Positions 47,924-53,700 of a stretch of 53,700 bases of DNA are shown here, piece by piece (the first letter of the stretch is position 1; every line of letters starts with the position of its first letter). The DNA lies in the IMG/VR virus record IMGVR_UViG_3300023178_000062, positions 1 through 53,700 of that record. One strand, written 5' to 3'. The DNA comes from a virus. Its lineage: Duplodnaviria; Caudoviricetes. Both the position numbers and the translations under genes were made by a program. The notes under the pieces are model-generated. The model was not told the origin of the DNA. It was given only the letters and a program-made list of their open reading frames with translations, and ran no database searches.

Positions 47924-48868
47924 ATGCCTACCAGTCACTACTTTCCGCTGTACTACAAAAATGATGGCAGCGAGCAAAATTTATATCAAGATTTAGTAGA
48001 CGAACAGATACGTCTGTTTGGTAGCGACATCTATTATATCACAAGAAAAACAATACGAGACCAGGCATTAAATCAGATTGTCTTCTCAGAGTTTAGTGAG
48101 AAGATTGTTATCGAAGCTATGCTACAGAACGTAGAAGGTTTTGGAAATCAATCTGAGTTCATCAGCAAGTTTGGTTTAAGAGTTACGGACGAGATTACAT
48201 TTACGATGTCAGTTCGTAGGTGGGAACAGGAATCCACACGCCTGAATAATCTAGAGGTGGAGTCTAGACCTAATGAAGGCGACTTAATCTTTTTCCCATT
48301 GACAGGTGATTTGTATGAGATTAAGTTTGTCGAAAGAGAAGCGCCATTCTATCAGTTAGGCAAACTATATTTCTTCACAATGACCTGTGAAATCTACGAG
48401 GTTGGTAGTGAAGACATTGATACTGGTATTCCTGAGATAGACGACATTGAAGCAGACAACGATTATGCCATTAGTTTTGTTCTTGCTGATGGAGGCACTG
48501 GTAATTATTATATTGGTGATAAAGTTGAATTCTATACTGACGTAGTTGTTGGTAATCTAGCAAATCCAACTGGTATCAAGGGTGAAGTATCTGACTGGGA
48601 TGCTCCATCCAGAAGACTTGAACTCATTAATGTTACTGGTGATTGGGATGAAACTTATTATGTTGGTAGAGAATCCGGTGCAGATACAAATGTAAATACA
48701 ACAGATGGTATATATCAGTTAGGAACTCAGGCAGAATTTACTGATATAGATGACGCCAATACTGACTTTGATGATAATAAATACATTGAAGAAGCTGCGG
48801 ATGATATTCTGTTATGGACGGAAGAAAATCCTTTTGGCGAAGTCGGTAATCTAAATGGTAACTTCTGA
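47924..48868 (+). CDS. gp14: Neck protein gp14
   Basis: EQNLYQDLVDEQI, SKFGL...DEITF, RPNEGDLIFFP, PFYQLGK, ENPFG. Confidence 0.95.
   Translation: MPTSHYFPLYYKNDGSEQNLYQDLVDEQIRLFGSDIYYITRKTIRDQALNQIVFSEFSEKIVIEAMLQNVEGFGNQSEFISKFGLRVTDEITFTMSVRRWEQESTRLNNLEVESRPNEGDLIFFPLTGDLYEIKFVEREAPFYQLGKLYFFTMTCEIYEVGSEDIDTGIPEIDDIEADNDYAISFVLADGGTGNYYIGDKVEFYTDVVVGNLANPTGIKGEVSDWDAPSRRLELINVTGDWDETYYVGRESGADTNVNTTDGIYQLGTQAEFTDIDDANTDFDDNKYIEEAADDILLWTEENPFGEVGNLNGNF
48776..48783 (+). promoter_or_regulatory. Possible intragenic late promoter for gp15
   Basis: AATAAATA within the 3' end of gp14. Confidence 0.4.
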
Positions 48869-49704
48869 TGTTTGGAACTGAATACTATCATAGAGCTATA
48901 GACAATACCGTAAAAGGTTTTGGTACGCTCTTCAACAATATAAAAATTGTTAGGAAAGATCCCACTACAGGAGAAGTTCTACAGAAGCAGCGTGTGCCTT
49001 TGGCATATGGTCCTAGAGCAAAGTTTGAAACTAGATTAGAACAGAATCCAGAACTACAGAAGAAGGCAATTACTTTGCCATTCATGTATTTTGAGATGAC
49101 TGGTTTGAGTAGAGATTCATCTAAGCAACTACCACCTATCACAAAAATTTTAGCACCACAAACAGATGAGTCTGGAAACAACACTGGTATATCTGAGCAG
49201 TATGTTCCTGTAGCATATGACTTTGATTTTGAAGTAGGATTTATGGTGAAGGATACCTACGAAGGTAATCAAATACTAGAACAGATTCTACCATTCTTCC
49301 AACCATACTATAACATCACTATCAACTTCATTCCTGATATGAATGAATATAAGGATGTTAAAATTAATCTAAGTAGTGTTGATTATGAAGATGACTGGTT
49401 GGATGATTTTAGTGACAGAAGAAAGATTACATACACACTTAGATTTGTAGTCAAGTCATACATCTACGGACCTTACACCAAGGCAGATACAATCAAGAAA
49501 GCAACAATCTTCGAGACTGCTGGTGGTCTTGGCACTCCAAGAAGAGCAGTCAAGCGTGTCACTGAGGTTGAACCGCTCAAGGATTACGATGGTGATGGTG
49601 ATATCGATACCGCAGATAGAGACCTAGTATCTCCAGCAGATACTTTTGATGATGATTACGGATTTAGCTTTGATGTATTTGAAGGAGATGATGCACAGTC
49701 ATGA
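48868..49704 (+). CDS. gp15: Tail sheath stabilizer/terminator gp15
   Basis: FGTLFNNI, VPLAYGP, QILEQILPFFQP, YTLRF..KSYIYGP. Confidence 0.95.
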   Translation: MFGTEYYHRAIDNTVKGFGTLFNNIKIVRKDPTTGEVLQKQRVPLAYGPRAKFETRLEQNPELQKKAITLPFMYFEMTGLSRDSSKQLPPITKILAPQTDESGNNTGISEQYVPVAYDFDFEVGFMVKDTYEGNQILEQILPFFQPYYNITINFIPDMNEYKDVKINLSSVDYEDDWLDDFSDRRKITYTLRFVVKSYIYGPYTKADTIKKATIFETAGGLGTPRRAVKRVTEVEPLKDYDGDGDIDTADRDLVSPADTFDDDYGFSFDVFEGDDAQS

Positions 49705-50117
49705 ACGAATTTGAAAAGAGTATGGAAGAGACCTTTGACATTGAAGTGGCAAAGGAAGAACCTATTGAAAAATTTAAGCAAGCAAAGAAACGAGCAGAGG
49801 ACAACCACCAGGACAAGGACTACGAATACGTTCGTGGTTCTCTCTATGACCTCATTGAGAAGGGTCAGGAAGCAGTCAATGGTGCTCTAGAGATCGCACA
49901 GGAGTCGGGTCATCCTAGAGCGTATGAGGTGGCGGGCAACCTCATCAAGCAGACCACAGAGATGGCAGAGAAACTGACTGACTTGCATAAGAAGATGAAG
50001 GATTTGGATGAAGATAAATCTGGTCCTAAGACAGTCACAAATAATAACTCGATGTTTATTGGCAGCACTTCTGATTTACAAAAAATGCTTAAGTCAATGG
50101 GCGTAAAGAATAAATAA
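49701..50117 (+). CDS. gp16: Terminase small subunit gp16
   Basis: DYEYVRGSLYDLIEKGQEA...HPRAYEV...FIGSTSDLQKML. Confidence 0.95.
   Translation: MNEFEKSMEETFDIEVAKEEPIEKFKQAKKRAEDNHQDKDYEYVRGSLYDLIEKGQEAVNGALEIAQESGHPRAYEVAGNLIKQTTEMAEKLTDLHKKMKDLDEDKSGPKTVTNNNSMFIGSTSDLQKMLKSMGVKNK
50109..50116 (+). promoter_or_regulatory. Late promoter at the end of gp16
   Basis: AATAAATA overlapping the last codons of gp16. Confidence 0.45.
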
Positions 50118-50126
50118 AAATAAAAA

Positions 50127-50384
50127 ATGTCTTACATCAGACACGACGAAAATAATGATCCCGTTGTACCACAACCATCATCAACATCAGTAACCATTTA
50201 TAGTGGCACTGAGGGATGGACTGATATTACATATGAAGATTGGAATGCTGATTATATTGCCAGAAATGTTGACAATAGTGTGAGAACTCCTGGTGTGTAT
50301 CAGGCAAGAAATGCTGATAATACACCAAGAACTCCAGCAGCATATCAAAGACACGACAAAGATAACAATCCGGTATTAATCTAA
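50127..50384 (+). CDS. Hypothetical protein with short internal repeats
   Basis: 85 aa; four Y-x-x(0-1)-R-[HN] units. Confidence 0.7.
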   Translation: MSYIRHDENNDPVVPQPSSTSVTIYSGTEGWTDITYEDWNADYIARNVDNSVRTPGVYQARNADNTPRTPAAYQRHDKDNNPVLI

Positions 50385-51181
50385 TGGCACAATGGAATAA
50401 AGATACGCAAGACTATAGGGCACAGGACACTACCAACTTTGAAGTAGTGATGCTGGCAGACCAGAATGGCAATCCATTGAATAGTTATGGTGCTGCTGCT
50501 AACATTCCTATTGCTGCTGGACTGTTAGAAGGATATTCACACATCAATAAGTTTGGATTTAGAGATACTATTGCTAATTCTTGGCAAACCATCTGGGATA
50601 AAGCAACAGATTATGCATACTATGCTGCCGCTACAGTAACTGCAGTTGCAGATAATGCTGGTCAGGGCACGACTGATGATGGCGGAACTGTAGAGGTTCA
50701 GGGTTTAGATGAAAACTATGCTCCAGTAACAGAAACGTTGACTATTGGTGGTGCTGCATCAGTAGCACAATTCTCCAGAGTGTTCCGTGCAAGAATGATT
50801 ACTCCAAATACTGGCACAACTAATGATGATGAAATTAGAATTAAAAATGGTGTCAATGATGTAGCAGTAATTATTGCTGGTGCTGGTCAAACTTTGATGT
50901 CCTTATATACGATCCCTGCTGGCAAGACAGGATATTTGATGAAACTTCAAGGTTCTATTGATGCTAACAATGATGCTCTGTTTAGATTGTATGCAAGACC
51001 TTTTGGTGGAGCATTTAATGTTAAAGGTCAGTTTGGAGTATTTGCTTCTGGGTTCAACTATGACTATCCAGTTCCTTTAAGATTTGAAGAGAAAACAGAT
51101 ATAGAAATAAAAGGTCTATCTCAAAATGGTGTAGGTGGTGGAGCAATCTTTGATATTATACTTGTAGATAACGAGGTATAA
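50384..51181 (+). CDS. Conserved cyanophage hypothetical protein, probably virion-associated
   Basis: MAQWNK...FEVVMLAD N-terminus; HINKFG, GQTLMSLYTIPAGKTGYL, EKTDIEI motifs; TAATG coupling. Confidence 0.75.
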   Translation: MAQWNKDTQDYRAQDTTNFEVVMLADQNGNPLNSYGAAANIPIAAGLLEGYSHINKFGFRDTIANSWQTIWDKATDYAYYAAATVTAVADNAGQGTTDDGGTVEVQGLDENYAPVTETLTIGGAASVAQFSRVFRARMITPNTGTTNDDEIRIKNGVNDVAVIIAGAGQTLMSLYTIPAGKTGYLMKLQGSIDANNDALFRLYARPFGGAFNVKGQFGVFASGFNYDYPVPLRFEEKTDIEIKGLSQNGVGGGAIFDIILVDNEV

Positions 51182-51184
51182 ATA
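51177..51184 (+). promoter_or_regulatory. Consensus late promoter overlapping a stop/start junction
   Basis: Exact TATAAATA; its last A is the A of the ATG at 51184. Confidence 0.45.
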
Positions 51185-51465
51185 TGAAGTCGTTTAAGCA
51201 ATTCAGGAATGAGCTCAACGAATCAGCCTGGACCAGAAAAGAAGGACAAAATAAGTCCGGAGGACTTAACGAAAAAGGACGAAAGTCTTATGAAAAGGAG
51301 AATCCAGGATCAGACCTTAAAGCACCAAGCAAGAAGGTTGGAAATCCCAGGAGGGCATCCTTCTGCGCTAGAATGAAAGGAATGAAGAAGAAACTTACTA
51401 GCAAGAAGACTGCTAATGATAAGGATTCTAGAATTAATAAATCACTACGAGCCTGGAATTGCTAG
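51184..51465 (+). CDS. Small basic protein (DUF6321-like) with capsid-targeting-like leader
   Basis: MKSFKQFRNELNE leader, then AWTRKEGQNKSGGLNEKGRKSY...RRASFCARMKGM...SRINKSLRAWNC. Confidence 0.8.
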   Translation: MKSFKQFRNELNESAWTRKEGQNKSGGLNEKGRKSYEKENPGSDLKAPSKKVGNPRRASFCARMKGMKKKLTSKKTANDKDSRINKSLRAWNC

Positions 51466-51667
51466 TGTATCTTGAACCGCATCTCAATAAAAAATCTGCG
51501 GAGTGTTCCCAACTTTGGTATGAGTGGGAGACTTTGTGGCGAAAAAAGCATTAGGAGCACCGGAAGCGAGAAGGCGATGGTGTAAATGTGCTGATGAATT
51601 AGGGGAAATGGTAAGTGAGGAAGTCAAAACAAATCCTCGTTACAATAATGTAAGAATGGAGTGGTAA
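51465..51667 (+). CDS. Unannotated ORF with probable -1 frameshift at A_AAA_AAG (29-aa and 67-aa products)
   Basis: GTG at 51465 gives MYLEPHLNKKSAECSQLWYEWETLWRKKH* (stop ends at 51554). The -1 frame continues ALGAPEARRRWCKCADELGEMVSEEVKTNPRYNNVRMEW* to 51667. Confidence 0.6.
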
Positions 51668-51698
51668 CAACATACATAATGTAGATATATTAAGACAA

Positions 51699-52022
51699 AT
51701 GAAGTTTCTTTTAGGACTACTTGCTTCACTATTTTTTGCACTTCCTGCATGGGCTGTTGACGTTCAAATGGGTTACGATGGTAATCTTGTGTTTGAACCT
51801 GCTGAAGTTTCTATTGCTGCTGGGGAGTCAGTTCATTTTGTTAATAATATGCTTCCTCCTCATAACGTAGTTGTGGAGGACCATCCAGAGATTTCACACG
51901 AAGGTCTTGCTATGATGCCCGGCGAAGAATTTGATGTTACCTTTGCTGAAGCAGGGGATTACACATACTGGTGCGGACCACATAAAGGTGCCGGTATGAT
52001 TGGAACTGTTCACGTTTCTTGA
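51699..52022 (+). CDS. petE: Plastocyanin (auxiliary metabolic gene)
   Basis: Signal peptide ending AWA; LVFEP, PPHNVV and YWCGPHKGAGMIGTVHV supply the type-1 copper ligands His, Cys, His, Met. Confidence 0.97.
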   Translation: MKFLLGLLASLFFALPAWAVDVQMGYDGNLVFEPAEVSIAAGESVHFVNNMLPPHNVVVEDHPEISHEGLAMMPGEEFDVTFAEAGDYTYWCGPHKGAGMIGTVHVS

Positions 52023-52075
52023 CACAAACCTAAAAGTATAATTAAGTACAGCACTATACAAAAATAATGTGCTAG

Positions 52076-52083
52076 GATAAATA
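52076..52083 (+). promoter_or_regulatory. Late promoter for the 88-aa ORF and gp17
   Basis: GATAAATA in the intergenic spacer upstream of the ATG at 52110. Confidence 0.7.
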
Positions 52084-52109
52084 CAAATTATACAATTGGG
52101 AATAGTACC

Positions 52110-52376
52110 ATGCCAGATAAGGAAATGTCCGACCTGAAACTTGACAGGAAGGAATGTCCAAAGTGCGGTGCTGTTTGGATAAACGGACAACACTACTGGT
52201 CTGGTACTGGGAATAAAGGAAATGAGTTGGATCTTGCTGGCTTGGTGTGTAATAAGCTTGGTGATGACACTTGTATCAATCCTGTAAAGGGTAGTGATGG
52301 TGGAGACACCTGGGACGCACGTCTAAATATTCTTGACAGATATAATGAAGATCTAGATAGAGCGAATGAGTGGTAA
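52110..52376 (+). CDS. Conserved Cys-containing hypothetical protein (possible metal binding)
   Basis: CPKCGAVWINGQHYWSGTG...DLAGLVCN...CINP...GDTW; overlaps the gp17 start. Confidence 0.8.
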   Translation: MPDKEMSDLKLDRKECPKCGAVWINGQHYWSGTGNKGNELDLAGLVCNKLGDDTCINPVKGSDGGDTWDARLNILDRYNEDLDRANEW

Positions 52377-53700
52377 AGATTTATACTTAGGCAACCCTAA
52401 CCTCAAAAAAGTTGGGGTTGATATTGAATTTACTAAAGAACAAGTAAGTGAATATTTAAAATGTAAAGCAGATCCAATCTACTTTACCAAAAATTATATG
52501 AAAATTATTTCTCTTGATGAGGGTATTATCCCATTCAAGATGTGGGACTTTCAAGAGAAATTAATTAAAGACTTCCACGAAAATAGATTTAACATTGCCA
52601 AGCTTCCTAGACAGACTGGTAAATCTACCACAGTGGTTTCTTATCTTTTATACTATGCTATTTTTAACGATAACGTTAATATTGGTATCCTAGCAAACAA
52701 GGCATCTACTGCGAGAGACCTATTGGGTCGCCTTCAGTTAGGATATGAAAACTTACCTAAGTGGATGCAGCAGGGTGTTGTTGCGTGGAACAAAGGTAGT
52801 ATGGAACTTGAGAATGGTTCCAAGATTCTTGCTGCTTCCACATCAGCATCTGCCGTCCGAGGGATGTCATTCAACATTCTATTCCTAGACGAATTTGCGT
52901 TCGTTCCAAATCATATTGCAGAAGAGTTCTTTTCTTCTGTGTATCCTACAATTACCTCAGGTAAATCAACGAAGGTTATCATTATTTCAACGCCTTATGG
53001 TATGAACCACTTCTATAAGATGTGGCAGAACTCCGTTCAAGGTAAGAGTGATTACGTTAATAATGAAGTGCATTGGTCTCAGGTTCCTGGTAGAGATGCT
53101 GATTGGAAAGCACAAACTATTGCGAACACATCCGAGCGTCAGTTCACACAAGAATTTGAATGTAACTTCTTGGGTTCAGTTGATACGCTAATCTCAGCGG
53201 CTAAACTTCAGGCACTTACATTTACAGAACCAATCAAAAGTAACGCAGGACTTGATGTATATGAAAAAGCACAGAAAGGTCACGAATACATTATCACAGT
53301 TGATGTCGCAAGAGGCATTGGTGGAGACTACTCCGCTTTTATTGTATATGATATCACTACGATGCCATATCGTATCGTAGCAAAATATAGAAACAACACA
53401 ATTAAACCTGTACTATTTCCTAGTGTTATATTCCAGGTTGCAAAAGAATATAACATGCCGTATATCCTGGTAGAGGTAAATGATATTGGTGATAGTATTG
53501 CTGCTACTCTCAACTACGATCTTGAATATCCTAATGTTCTTATGTGTGCTATGCGCGGTAGGGCAGGTCAAATAGTGGGACAAGGATTCTCAGGAAACAA
53601 AACACAACTAGGTGTCAAGATGAGTATCACTGTAAAGAAACAGGGATGCGCTAATCTTAAAGCAATTGTTGAAGAAGATAAATTACTCTTCGAAGATTAT
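52366..53700 (+). CDS. gp17: Terminase large subunit gp17, 5' part (truncated by window end; missing from the ORF track)
   Basis: ATG at 52366: MSGKDLYLGNPNLKK...; Walker A PRQTGKSTT, Walker B ILFLDEFAF, IISTP coupling motif, nuclease TVDVARG.GGDYSAF and LVEVNDIG. Confidence 0.97.
   Translation, partial: MSGKDLYLGNPNLKKVGVDIEFTKEQVSEYLKCKADPIYFTKNYMKIISLDEGIIPFKMWDFQEKLIKDFHENRFNIAKLPRQTGKSTTVVSYLLYYAIFNDNVNIGILANKASTARDLLGRLQLGYENLPKWMQQGVVAWNKGSMELENGSKILAASTSASAVRGMSFNILFLDEFAFVPNHIAEEFFSSVYPTITSGKSTKVIIISTPYGMNHFYKMWQNSVQGKSDYVNNEVHWSQVPGRDADWKAQTIANTSERQFTQEFECNFLGSVDTLISAAKLQALTFTEPIKSNAGLDVYEKAQKGHEYIITVDVARGIGGDYSAFIVYDITTMPYRIVAKYRNNTIKPVLFPSVIFQVAKEYNMPYILVEVNDIGDSIAATLNYDLEYPNVLMCAMRGRAGQIVGQGFSGNKTQLGVKMSITVKKQGCANLKAIVEEDKLLFEDY

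Noticed and set aside
52019-52042. TTGACA...TATAAT sigma70-like promoter after petE
   Set aside because: The spacer is only 12 nt rather than 16-18; the nearby GATAAATA late promoter explains expression better.
27-53513. Many short minus-strand and alternative-frame ORFs in the ORF track (e.g. 9987-10334, 10359-10790, 39809-40456, 51894-52193)
   Set aside because: They lie inside or across long, recognisable + strand genes and have no motifs; they are shadows of codon bias.
52366-53700. Intron, intein or homing endonuclease in the terminase gene
   Set aside because: The frame reads continuously with normally spaced ATPase and nuclease motifs.
1-53700. tRNA, rRNA, CRISPR array or IS element
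   Set aside because: The window is almost fully coding with very short spacers; no such patterns were seen by eye.

Overview
Virion morphogenesis region of a T4-like cyanomyovirus (Kyanoviridae-type), all genes on the + strand. Order: 3' part of baseplate wedge gp6, giant gp7 (3654 aa) with a split-off C-terminal-like ORF, gp8, a VrlC-like virion protein broken by a +1 frame break near its end, two giant tail-fibre/spike proteins, a cluster of short fibres and adaptors, neck gp13/gp14, gp15, small terminase gp16, a variable island containing plastocyanin (petE), and the 5' part of large terminase gp17. T4-type late promoters (NATAAATA) punctuate the region. Best lead: four alpha-helical domains inside two virion proteins (two in gp7, two in the 2918-aa tail protein) resemble phycobiliproteins by eye and keep both Cys84-like (C-x-R-D-x-G-Y...GG) and beta-Cys155-like (C-x4-S-x-I-x-S-Y-x-D) sites, suggesting a bilin-binding, possibly light-responsive virion. 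Second lead: an unannotated ORF upstream of petE with a dnaX-like -1 frameshift cassette (GGGAG, 11 nt, A_AAA_AAG). Assignments come from motif recognition and gene order, not database searches; reference sequences are quoted from memory.
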